Origin: Podarcis erhardii
Taxonomy: Eukaryota
DNA length: 64,000 nt
Assembly: GCA_964252035.1 (NCBI GenBank)
Contig: OZ176217.1
Direction: 5' to 3' (one strand)
Shown: positions 1-11,950 of the stretch, piece by piece
How positions within the stretch are numbered: position 1 is the stretch's first letter
Layout: each line of letters starts with the position of its first letter
Notes under the pieces: model-generated
Databases searched by the model: none
What the model was told of the DNA's origin: nothing
What the model saw: only the letters and a program-made list of their open reading frames with translations
Program-made: the position numbers and the translations under genes

Positions 1-313
1 AGAGAATCCTGAGAAAGGGACCATCTCTGTTCACAAACTTGCCCGGCACGGACTGAGGTCTAAGCCAGAGCCTCAAACCGATGCCCAAACGCACAGGAGC
101 CTTCCGCGGCGCAAGGAAACAAAGAAACTGTTTGGCAAAGCAAGGCACACTACTGTACGAATCAATCGGTTTAAGTTAACACGATTCCATTAACAACAGA
201 GTGCCTCTGGGCACGTGAGGAGTGCTTCCTTCAGCAAGTACTGACAGCTGCGGGCGTTCCAGAGGGAGAACATTTCCACTCTGCAAAAGGGGCGCCCGTC
301 AGTATTAATAACA

Positions 314-349
314 AATACTAATACTAATACTAATACTAATACTAATACT
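314..349. repeat. (AATACT)6 microsatellite
   Basis: Direct reading. Confidence 0.95.
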
Positions 350-1272
350 ACTACTAATAATAATTTGTACCGCGCCCATCTGACTGGGTTGCCCTTGATA
401 GGGGCCTCCCCCACTTTTGGCACCCAAGTGGATGGGAACACCCCTAATTCCTAGAGGAAGGGGGGAAAGTAGGGGGCATAGCTGTCCACGTTTTCCCCTT
501 TTTAAGGAAAATTCCCTTATTCCGAATAGGATTCCTCGCAAGAAAAGGGAAACGTTGACAGCTATGTTGGGGGTGTTCATACTCTGGTTGGTCTGGTGTG
601 CGTTTGCCGGCCTACTTCTTACAGAGGAACAAAACCCCAAACCTAGTCCTAAATGGGCGATCCTATTGGCTCAGAAAGAAAATTCCCCCAGGAGCGTTTG
701 TTCCTTCGGCTGCGAAGGGGTTTTCAGCCAGGCTGGATGTCATGTCTTTTCTGGTGCAACCCAGGGAGTTTTAAGGCCACTCCCGTTCAAAGAGGCGACC
801 GAAGTGCAAGCCATGGGGGATGGGGGAGCGGAGAAGAGAGAGGAAGAAAGAGAGAGAGAGAGAGAATGTTAATCGCGCAGGAATTTCCTCCCCCGCCCCT
901 CCCTCCTCGATCTGGTTTCTGAAATCCGGGCGCAAAATGCTGCCCCTTCTTCCCTTCCATCCAGTCAACACGCGAGTTTCCACTGAGCGGAAATGTTCCT
1001 CCGCTGAAAGGGGCGCGACTGGCCGGCCTTCCTCCCCCGCCTCCGCCTCCCCCGCAGAGTCGCTTTAATTAAAGTCACAAAGTCGCGGTTGATCCTCGGC
1101 TTGGCTTCTGCGCCTTGAATCGGCTTTCCCCGCCTCCTGCCTCTCCCCCCCCTTCCCCTCCCCCCTTTCTTTTTTTTCCTCCCTGGAGTTGACTCGGATA
1201 CAGTTGAACACTTGCAGGGGCAGCTTCGTCCAGATGTTGCAACAGCTTTTCAGGTGGACAGAGCAGACAAAG

Positions 1273-1406
1273 CATAGGATAAAGCCATCTCCTAGGGGCC
1301 GAGGTCCCTTTGCCCCCCCCCCGTAAAATATTTCAGGGGGCGGCCTCCCAAAGTTAATGGGCATTATTTACCTGTCCCCCATATGTTATTCAAGTTGGCA
1401 CTCCTG
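1273..1406 (+). mobile_element. Short non-autonomous DNA transposon (hAT-like MITE), internally deleted copy
   Basis: Shares CATAGGA...CTAGGGGC...AAAATATTT...TTATTCAAGTTGGCAC-CCTG with the copies at 19921 and 26128. Confidence 0.75.
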
Positions 1407-2165
1407 GACAGATGTGTGTCATCTCCCTCGACACACACCATGAACTATACAGCCTTCCCACTCCTCTTTTCTCCGCCCAACTTCCTTCTCTCTCTTCTCC
1501 CCTTCTTCAAACTTTGCCTTTGGAGAGGGTTGAACAACAACAAACCCACCTCGGGACCGGCCCTTATTTGACCTTGGTCGTCTGAAAAGGTCCTGCCGGC
1601 AGAATGGCAAGCCCACTAACGTCGAAGTAACTCGGAGAGTGATTTTATTTTATTTTATTTCATTTCACAACATTTATTGCTCGTTTTTCCACTTGGGAAA
1701 AAAAAAAAAAACAATTAACACCAACAAAACGGGGGGAAAACGAAAACTGCGGAGTCGGGGCCGTTTTTGCGGACCGAAGTGGTTTAAAGTCAAGCATTTG
1801 CCCGCAAGGGCCGAGTAGATTTGAAACTCAGCTCCGTTTCCCATTCCTAGCCAACAATTCTCGCCCACATTTTTTGCACCTCCGACTACATTAACTCCGG
1901 CTGGAACAGCCTCGGCGATTATAAGCTCCTCAGGGCAGAGACCTTCCTGTTTGTCCTTCTCCCACCCGTTCCCACCTAAAAGCCCCGACGCGCGTAGATT
2001 AAGGGGAGCTGCGACCGCCTGGTGGTGGAGCACGTTCTTTGTTTGCATGAAGCCCAGGATTTGACCCCTGACGCCTCCTCTTAAGAGTCTCCCAGGTGGC
2101 CACTGCTGGAAAATATCCCTGCCGGAAGGTCGCAGCCAATGAGTAGACAATACGGAGCCTGATTT

Positions 2166-2283
2166 GTAGAGATGGAAGGTACCCCAGGGGTCATCTAGTC
2201 CAACCCCTTGCAATACAGGACTTTTATGTCCAACGTGGGGCTCGAACGCAGGACCTCATGCTCTACCGAGTGAGCTATCCCAG
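2166..2283 (-). mobile_element. tRNA(Lys)-derived SINE with CR1-type 3' end
   Basis: The minus strand reads GGGATAGCTCACTCGGTAGAGCATGAG (A box) ...GTTCGAGCCCCACGTTGG (B box), then GGTTGGACTAGATGACC...CCTTCCATCTCTAC, a CR1-like tail. The anticodon arm is partly deleted. Confidence 0.85.
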
Positions 2284-2592
2284 ATGAACCAACGGCTTCG
2301 CTCAATATTTGAGCAGTTTCCTATGCAGTACTACTACTACTAATTAATAGCAATACAATTTTCTTCAAAAGTCAGCTCAGCGGGACGTAAACTCTTTTTT
2401 AAAAATCTGCAGGTGGGATGTTGTTTTTACTTAAGTATCTGCCCTTCCTCCCCTTAAAAAAAAGTAACTGTCAGTGAAAGGTGATTTTTGTGAGCTGACA
2501 CTCCCCTCCTCCTCCCTACCGTAATGTCAAATGTTTCTACGCGGGCAGCTATTTCAGAGTTTGCACCCACCCACACTCTACCTTGTCTGCCT

Positions 2593-2658
2593 TTCTTCTT
2601 CTTCTTCTTCTTCTTCTTCTTCTTCTTCTTCTTCTTCTTCTTCTTCTTCTTCTTCTTC
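2593..2658. repeat. (TTC)22 microsatellite
   Basis: Uninterrupted; direct reading. Confidence 0.98.
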
Positions 2659-5600
2659 TCCTCTGTTTGATTTCCTTTTGTGCTAATCTCCGGAGATTTA
2701 AAACAACAACAACAACAACCCAACCCCCTGTCTTTTATCTTTTCTGGGTTAGCTGGCCCGCCTTACCTGTTTGCAGCGTGTGTCCGCTGAGCGGCAAAAA
2801 AGCCCTGATGTTTGGTAAATGGCAACGATTGCGCGTGTGCGCCCTGCGCCGCGCCACCTGCGCGGGTGTGGCGGCCGCGGTGCTGTTCAAACTGCGCGGA
2901 AAAAGAGGCCGAAGATTAAGGTGCCAAGACATTGTGATTGTTATGACGCCGCATGGAGGGGTTGAAAGGGTCAGAGACTCTCAACAAACCCCTCGCCGCC
3001 CCCCCCCCAGTGCAACTGTCTTCTTTGCTACAACAATGCGCAGGATTTTTTCCTGGTGGCAACTGGTGGTTTTTTGTTTTTTTGTTTAACTCAGTCAAGG
3101 TATTAGCTTTGGAAAAGGGGAGGGGATTCCTCGGGAAAGCACTTAACAAAGTATGTGCCGCCAAAGGCCATTCAGAAGCCTTTTTCTCCAAAGTGTTAGT
3201 TCCACTACTAAACCCGGGAGAGGATTGTTTTGTATGTGTGTGTTCTGAAAAGCCACTGAGAAAATGAAAGGAAAGGGGAACTAGGCCTTAGGCTGAGAAT
3301 CGCTGACATTTATGCTCCGTGCATGGGTGGAATGAACCCCATTTTGGGTTTGTGATGCACATAACTGGGAGGCGAGCAAAGGTGGCTTAAAAACTTATTG
3401 GTGATAGTGTCGTTGTTTACTAGCTCCGAGCTTGCCTTGGCCTGGGATGGCACACACCAGCTCAGCTGCAATGCAACCATGCAATGCGCAATGGGTCAGG
3501 GCGATCCTGTGCAGCTTTACTCAAAAGTAAGCCCCACTGAGTTCAATGGGGCTTGACCCTTCCTTGGTAAGTAAGTGTGCAGACTAGAGCCGTGTCGAGG
3601 GTGTTCTGCTGCGTCGGTAATGGCTTGTTTCTATTGTTATTCCTACGGTTAAATACAATCCTGTCAAGACGCTCTGGTATGTTTAACGTTCTCCTCCACT
3701 AGCGCAGCCTTAGGAAATGCCACTCCTTTACAGTTTGGGAACTGGTTTGCACAGAGAGAGAACCTGTTCAAGACTGGTCACAAAGGACTCAAACGCTCAC
3801 TGGTCACAAAGGACTCCTAGGTAATCGTCACCTCTTTTCCTGGACAATGAGCCCACACCCAAGTCAAAGTCACTTCAGCAGTGGGTCCAGAAAAGGTTTA
3901 GGTTCTTTGTGCAGAAAAGATATACGTTCCGAGTTCCTTGATTCGTCTACTAGTCCGGATTCAGTTTATCAATACCAATCTTATGCTGATCCACTGTTTC
4001 CAGCTGGTGAGCACTAGCCAACCTCCCTTATGCATCTGGAAGAAAGTTCCACGGAATTCTACGAGACTTTCTCCCCCGGCTGCAAGTCTATGTGTATTTA
4101 ATGTACTTGGGAAAAGTACCACCAAATATAAGGGAACTTCTTCTCAAATGCTCAAAGATTGGGCTGCACGCTCCCCACCCCCCTTAGCTAACAAGTTACT
4201 ACCAAACGAGAGGAAGAATCGTCCCAAACCAATGGCAGTACAGTAGTTCAAAAGAGCTACTCCGCTTGCAAACTTTGAATCTGGAATCCTCAGAAGGGTG
4301 TGAGTGGGAATCCGGATAGAAACCGTTTCTTTCTTGACGAGGGTAGGGGCGATTCTCTTGACCTGAGCCTGTGCTGTTGGCACCCATGCTCTCAAGAGGC
4401 AACATTACACACACACGTGCACGCACGCATTTATGTTTAAAAACAAATATTAGGAAGAAATTGATTGTGGGTACTATCAATTTATTTGAGCGCTACCGAC
4501 GGGTGTAGATGCAAACTACAGGTTTGCCCTTTCTAGCTATTCAATGCGCAACGGTTTGCGCGCACACTGAGTGAAAATCAATAGTTTAGGCATAAAGGTG
4601 TCTGTGAGTGTGTATAGGCTCGCTCAAACCAACAACCTGACTGATACTGAGTGGGCTGACTCCTATCCATGCAAGTATACAAGGGCAACTATGGATAATC
4701 AGCAAGCCCGTTTCCGAACAGGCTTATACATTATGGAACATGGGTCAGCTGATAGGCCTGTTACGCGTGGGTGTGGGCGCGGGCATTCTATGCGCGGCTA
4801 TCTTACATGGCTATGGGTCAATATAGGTCTAGAAATGCAACACATGCCTTCATTTGCAAGGGGGCAGTCAGACCCACAACCCAGTCAAAAGCGTAGTTTC
4901 ATTGGGACTGTCCCCCCCCCCACCTGATTCTTCGATAGTTAGTACCTTTTGTTTCAGTGGGATTTTATGCCACCGAAAATTGTATTTCTAGAGAGAAGCC
5001 TGCACCACTTTAAAGCTAAATGCTGCTGCTGCTGCTGCTGCTTAAGTAGAATGCAGGATTTATGCATTCACACGCAAATAGGTGTCTGTATTGGTATCCC
5101 CAAATAGTCACATATGCCTTTATATAAACATCTCTCCCCTCCCCCTTTCAAATCCTAAACAGGTTTACTTGGAATTAGTCACACAGATCAGAATACTGTA
5201 AAGCATACACCCAGCTGCCGGGTCCTAGCCATGTTTACTGTGAAGCAAGTGCTTTTGCTCCTGATGAGGTTCACTTCCTAGTAAAAAGGCGTTAGATCTG
5301 ATTGCACACGAGTGTTTCAAGGTGGGCATGAAACGTCTCTTTTACTCGGGTGCATATACACGCGCGCGCGTACACGGCGCTGCAATGCCAGAGATGCAGT
5401 GACGTCCAGCCCCGCTGGTGAGGAGCCACGAGGATGGATGTTGCCAAAGGAACTGTTTGCCTTCGAAAATCCTGCCCCCCCCCCCGCGCCGCCCCGGTTG
5501 TTTTCATTCTTCCTTTCTGAATACCTTGTAACGCTCTGCAATTGGGGTGAGGGTTAAGTAAACAAGTGCAAAATCTTTATAGGGTTGGGGTTTTGGGGGG

Positions 5601-6814
5601 AGGGATATGAAAAACAAAGCAACTTCCCCCCTTGCAAACTAGGATCAAGGAAGCCAGACACATTTTTTAAATGGTAAAATTCGAATATGTTTTTACTGGG
5701 TTTAGAAACAGTTCCTCTTTACACAAGGAGCGTTTTTCATATGACACCGCATTCTCTTGTAAGTCGAAAGGGATGGTTTTATTTCAGAGTAACCAAAGCA
5801 GAGTGGGTGTGTATGTTATTTATATAATATATAAACAAATAAGGCGACTGAGACGTTAGAAAAAAGGGGAAGTAATGCAGCTGAAAGCAGAGGCAAAATA
5901 TGCAGAAAGTCAATTCGGGCGTGTTTTGTTTTGTTTTGTTTTTTTAACGCAAATAGCTGCGTCTCGAAATATTTTGATATCTACTACGTTTGGGATACAA
6001 CTGGCGCGATTCTCCGGACAGTTCTCCTGCGCAAGGCCCATTGTAGCGTGTTGGGGACTCGTGGCGGTGGGGTTTGCGCAAGAGCGTTTGGCAGAGGATT
6101 GTGTCCTGTGACGTGCAAAAATGTCCAACGTGCAAAAAAAGGGAAAGAGGGGCTGTGCTCGGAGGCGCGGTGGGGAAGACCTGGAAGCGTGTTGGAGATG
6201 TAAACATTAAACACCACGGTCCCAATACATTCGCCTGGAAACAAGGGCGCTTAGTTAGAACTGAGGCGCCAATATTTTGAAGGGGGGGAGCGCTTCCCCC
6301 TTGTTTATCAATCCGGATCCTGTGCATGTGCCTGGGTCCTCCTACTTTCAAAGAGGCTTAGCCTAAAGGTTTGCACATTTATGTATTATTTTATTTATTA
6401 TTACAAATGTAGAGGCCCTTCTTCCTCCTCAAAGGGGGCGTGGGCGGCTCAAAATAATAAAATTGCTTAGAAAGAATAGACTACAGCAAAAGAATTCTAC
6501 TTCAAGTAAACCAGATCATCCTTAGTTTTCAGAGGGTACTCCTCCTTCCTCTTCCTCTCTCCTCATCCTCATCAGTTTTAATCGATCTTACCTGCACCTA
6601 GCTCCATCTGTAACAAAGCAATTGTATTATTTTCATCTAATCTAATATTTTCAAACGTGCGCGCTCGCATGTTATCCTATGCTTGTGTAAAAATCCAGTT
6701 TTAGGTCTAAGCTTTCGTAAGTACTGTGTGCGAAAGGCGGTTCACATATTTATGAAATAAATAAATAATTTGTTTGCAATGGCACATGACCTACAAGCAA
6801 TGGAGATTTATTGC

Positions 6815-6817
6815 AAA

Positions 6818-6856
<39 letters not shown>

Positions 6857-6858
6857 AT
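6815..6858. repeat. (AAAT)11 microsatellite
   Basis: Direct reading. Confidence 0.97.
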
Positions 6859-7976
6859 GAATGAACGATTTTATTGGTATGATGGTTATTTTCCCGGAGT
6901 TTGCATGGATTTACATCCTGGTTATATGAACAGAGTTCACATGTAAGGATGCATTATTGCGGATAAGCGAATTTCCAGCTTTGGGTTACTGAAATCAATA
7001 CAACCACTGGTATCAATTACTGGGATCCTCGAACTGTTAGTCAATACCTTCCAGGTTCTTTTTCTTCTTCTTTAAAAATGTGATCTATTGTTTCTCAAAG
7101 ACCTTGAAAAGATTTTTCTTGGGGGGGGGGCAGGATCTAGACAACCTTTAAGTCATTACAGCCCCATAAATATCAGTGGGAGAATTAAGCAAGTGCTTAA
7201 ATATATCCTGTTTAAATCAATGGACCTAATCCTACGTACACAATACATGCGAGTAAGAGCCCTGTTTGAATTACTTCCCAGTAAGCTATCCCATTAAACA
7301 GTCGCAAGCTATGTAGCACAATGACTTGGAAGTAAATCTAGTTGACCTCAGCTGAAATTACTTTCCAGTAAAAATGGGGCAGGACTGGACAGCGGAAGGA
7401 CTTAAATTTGGCTGTGTTGTGAAACACGCGCATGCTCAGCAGGCTTGTACACAAGCACACACCACGCACATTTTCCACTGGCAAATGTTTTGAGAGCATG
7501 ATCCAAACAATTTACCATGCGTTTGCGTGGATAGGACTAAATCCTGGGGAATGTAGGGATCCCTTCATAGGTTTAGTTTTCTTTTTTGTTTTGGCAGAAG
7601 ATGCTTTATCTAAACTCAGGCTATTTTCTCCCAGGTCCCTGTTGACGAACTGTGCCTAAGGTGCCTTAAGGTGATTGAAGAAGGCGGCCTGCTGGTTAAT
7701 TTAAAAGACCAAAAGACCCACCTTTCAATCTGTAACGGAGACAGGTAGCAGTTTAGCTCCCCAGCAGCAGCTGCAGGAGGAGATGTGAGGGGAAGAATGC
7801 CTTTTTACCTCCCTTTGCATGGTGAAGAGAATTATTTTGCATAAATGGACCGTTTGCCATTCTATCGATATGGGGTCTTTCTCACCACCAATATTGTTCA
7901 TTCGCTCGGTCTACTTCGCTTTCCTAAAACTGAACTCACTGAAGCATCCATCTCTCCTGCACTCGAAGGGAGAGAG

Positions 7977-7978
<2 letters not shown>

Positions 7979-8012
<34 letters not shown>
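7979..8012. repeat. (GT)17 microsatellite
   Basis: Direct reading. Confidence 0.97.
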
Positions 8013-8021
<9 letters not shown>

Positions 8022-8599
8022 GTCTAGATTAAGAAACTATTTTGATACCAAGTTCAACTGTAATGGCAGACAGCAAAGAATGAGTGGCTTAGCTGCCTGG
8101 TGGAACAAGTAGATTTATTTTAGACAGGCATGAATATTTCAAAATTAATCAGGCCGACTATTACAGTGAAGAAAATTAAAGTGCAAAGCCCATTCCTTCC
8201 CACCCCCCGCCCCATAGTGTCGTGGCTAATATTTAATTTTCTCTTTAAAAAATGCCACCCCTTCTTTATTAGAATTGAAGGCGTGTGTGTAAGAGCCTTA
8301 CAGCCTGTGTAAGAATCGAGCATCTTCTGTGGAAAAAGGCGGGGACAGACGGTCAGAATACGGGCTATTAATACGTTTGGGTAATACAGTCTCTCTCTCC
8401 CTTTCTCCATCCCTCCCCCCAACTCCCAACACGCGACGAATGAAAGAACTGAACGTTTTCCCATACATCCTTTACGCGGATAGATCTGGAAGTTATTTCC
8501 AGAGATTCCGTGCCTTTCTGTACAGCTGTGTTAGGAGGCACTACTGTGACTAGTGAGGATGGGACGACCAAAGATGAGTTGGCCGTGTTGACATATGAA

Positions 8600-9501
8600 A
8601 CAAATAATAAAAAAAATTAAAAAGAGGACATTGTTTCATTGCACTCGCCTATAAGGACCATTGGAACATGGCAGCACCTAAAACATGCATTGGCTTTGTT
8701 GCGTTTTATAAACACGAAAGCAAATAACCCTTCATCCAGGGAAACTGATATTTCGACTTCAAAATAAGAAATATATAATTACTTTGGCTTTGGGGTTTTT
8801 TTATGTGTTCTTTCTTCTTCTTGATCTCCACCCCCCCCAGGCGTTGGCTTCAATAGCAAGGGTCCCCCCCCCTTTTCTCTCATTCTCTTATTTTTAAATT
8901 TGGTTCTGCTTTATTTTGGAGAGCAACGTGCAATTTTAATAACTCCAGGCGAATACGCTGCCAAGAGCTCTCTCTCTCTGTGTATCCATCAGTCTCTATT
9001 TATTGTCCCATTTAATGGTAGTGAATGGGTTTTTAATGAAAAGTTGACCGGCTACTTTACTTTCTCCAAATCCTGTAAGTTTCAGTTAAATCAATGGCGC
9101 CTTTTCTGCCTCCTCCTTCCTTCCACAACGTTGTTCTGTAAACAGCTCCAGTAACAGTTTAAGGCTGCAAACAAACTTTGATTCCTGCTACAACAGATGT
9201 CAGAGCTTCTTGAGTTTTGGCTGCGTCTGGGGACATCTTGTGATGTTTTTAGAGAACAGGACATGATCTCACATGGCGAGAAGCTCTTTAGTTCCTTAAT
9301 CATTTCACGGTTCCTTCGGAGGCTTTCTTCCCACCTAAAACGTTTAGTTTCAGCTCACTGATCAGCTGCAAAGGCTCGACGGGGAGCGGAAGAGTTGAAT
9401 TATTCCAACCTGCAAGCAGCCCCTAAAAAAAAAAGGAAAAAAAGTGGAAACTTTTTTTTTTACCCCTCTCTGTCCATTTCACCAAGTCCTGAAAAATCAG
9501 A
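8600..9501 (+). promoter_or_regulatory. PAX5: PAX5 exon 1A promoter and 5' UTR region; TSS not determinable
   Basis: Lies directly upstream of the 1A ATG. Several TATA-like strings occur at about 8649, 8706 and 8771. The A-tract plus GTGGAAACTT...CCAAGTCCTGAAAAATCA leader resembles the mammalian 1A 5' UTR as I recall it. Confidence 0.6.
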
Positions 9502-9547
9502 ATGGAATTAGAGAAAAACTACACGACTCCCAGGACTGGCAGATCAG
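9502..9547 (+). CDS. PAX5: PAX5 alternative first coding exon 1A (MELEKNYTTPRTGRS-G), phase-1 donor
   Basis: ATG GAA TTA GAG AAA AAC TAC ACG ACT CCC AGG ACT GGC AGA TCA G|gtaagg, 46 nt. Resembles mammalian PAX5A N-terminus MDLEKNYPTPRTSRTG and joins exon 2 in frame (G+GA=Gly). Too short for the ORF track. Confidence 0.96.
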
Positions 9548-10199
9548 GTAAGGACTGAGATTATTCGTTTGAAATGATGCAAATGAAAACATTTTTTTAA
9601 AAATAAAAAACATCTTAGGGTTTAACATGTGTTTCAAAAGCTATAGACACATATACAGATAGAAAACCCCTGATGTTTGTAGATTTATATAGAAAGGCTG
9701 CCCGTTTAAATAATATTACTCATGAGTAGTCGCAGGGAAGTTCCATTGGGGTTACTCTCGAGTAAATTGTTGACGGACTGCATTTATTTCTCGCAAAGCA
9801 CGTCCTTCCAAAAATCGGAGCTCTGAGTTTGAAGAAAATGTTATTTCGGGTGTCAATAAGAAGTTACGATTTAACCATACAGTGTGACTGCTATGTGTGT
9901 GCCTTTTAGGTGCGTGGACGTACATATTCTGTCTGTCTCTCTTTCTCTCTCGATGTGCGTCGTAGAATTTTCTTCAAAGAGGTTTATGTGCATAAATGTC
10001 CTGGAGACAAAGGCAGTAACCGGATCCTAAATATACTTGGAAGGAATCTCAGCTGCCACATCGCTAGGATTTCTTTCTCGTTTGGGACCGATATTTCTCC
10101 CCCCACCCCCCGCAAGGCTGCTGTGAATACAGCTTGAAACGCCCAAGTTGCAACCTGCATGACCGGAAACGCTAGACCCTTTCCATTAAAAAAGTCAGT

Positions 10200-11950
10200 G
10201 GAAACCTCCGCTATGTTGGTTTAATTGGGATGGCGCGGATCCGGCTACTGGAGACTTCAGAGTCGACCCGGATTATCTGAAGCGGTGGCACGGGTGCTAC
10301 TACCAGATCCAGGGTGCCTGCAGGCTGTCGGGCAGGAGAGAGCGAGCGAGAGAGACAGCAAAACGACCTGCCTGCCTGCCTGCCTGCCTGCCTTTTGGCT
10401 TTCCCTGCTCCCCGGCTACCCAGTGGGCTGTTATGACTGCGGCCACTTTCGAGCTCTACGGCCTCTGCATACCAAATCCACAGCTCTTTGGCCTCTGGAG
10501 CAGAGAGGGGTGGCGGTGTTTGCAAGGAGAGATTTCAGAGCCAGAGAGATATTGGGTCAGCAGCCGAAACAGGACATTTTTCGACAAGCCTTTTTCGAAC
10601 ATTAGGACGAGCCTGTCATGCCTTTCCTGGGATCTTCCCAGCTCCTCAGGGTCTCCTTTCTCTCCTTCCAGCGGGAAAGCCCCAAAGCTTAACTCTGGGG
10701 GCGAGCGCGCGTCTGGAGAGTGCCCTGACAAGCTGTCTATAAATAATGTGATTTCAAGGCGATCGATGAGCCCTTTTATTAGTTAAACCGTCTGAATAAT
10801 CGTTTCATCGATAAAGCATTTCATTGCTCTTAGCTCCGGGCCGGGCCAGGGTGGGGTGTTAGGGGGTCTGGGAAGGCCCACAAGGAAGGGAGGTGAAGAA
10901 CTGGATTTTTTAAATATATATATTCGGTGCCACCCCCTCCGCCACCTGCTTCTCCCTTCCTTCGGTCACCAATTCCAAAGGTGACTTGCATGCTGAACAC
11001 CAGAGACAGCCCTCCCCCTGTTCTCCTCCTCACCCCCGGCACAATTCGCTAGCCCGTCTCCCGGCCATCCGATCTCCTTCCGCATTGGTTGGGTCGGTGG
11101 GGCGGCGAGAGAGGAGGGGGCTGTCGGCGCAGCAGCGTCTCCGCGCAGTTCGCCGCGATCGATTACTTAGCAATTATTTTTGCACAGGGATGGAGCTGCG
11201 CGCGGGTTGATTCTCTGCGGGTTGCGAGGAGGGCTGGTGGCTACTGCAGGCCAACGGGGCTTCTGAGCCTCAAGGCCTCTGTGTATGTGCGTGTAGGACA
11301 ACCTGCGATAGAGATATCCCAACCCCACTGGGGAGATTAAAGGCAAAGGGGGGGGGTGCGAAAACCCCACCCCGTCTCTCTCCTTGGAGCTGGTGGGGAA
11401 GAGATATTTTCGGTCCTTCTCCTCCCCCTGCGTAATGTCGCCACCCGCGCCTGCTGCGCGCTGGCTGCTGGCTTGGCTTTTGGGGCCGCTTGCCAAGAAT
11501 CTATGCCTACCCGCCGTCGTACAAGGCGGGCAGTTGTTCCACCGCTCTCTTTCCCTGTTTGAAATCGCTGCTCGTCACTCAGGCACTCTCTGATTTGGGG
11601 GCACAAGCCACGTCTCATTCCCTGCAAAGTCGTCTCACGGCAAAAAGTCGGCAAAAACAAACTCCCCTAAGGTTGCGATGGCGCTGAGCAAGCGCGCGTA
11701 AAAGCGGCCAATGCGCACATTTTGGACACTTCGGGCCCTCTTCGGTTCCAAAGATCAGCCCAGGACAGGTGGATTTTAAGCCGAGTCGTGTCCCCCACTC
11801 CCGCCTCCCAATAGAGTGTGCCTAGGAAATTCTTCTCTGCTCTGGGAAGATCAGCTTGTTTGTTTGTATAGGGGGGGTAAAACGCCAGACATAACACGCG
11901 GCGTAAAGAGGGCGGGGAGGGTTGGCTGAAACAGAGCAAAGGTCATGGAA
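10200..11950. promoter_or_regulatory. CpG-rich island downstream of exon 1A
   Basis: High CpG density judged by eye, no recognisable transposon, AT-rich motif blocks embedded; boundaries approximate. Confidence 0.6.

Noticed and set aside
2166-2283. Possible tRNA-Lys gene
   Set aside because: The anticodon arm is deleted and the tRNA-like head is fused to a CR1-type tail, so it is a SINE.
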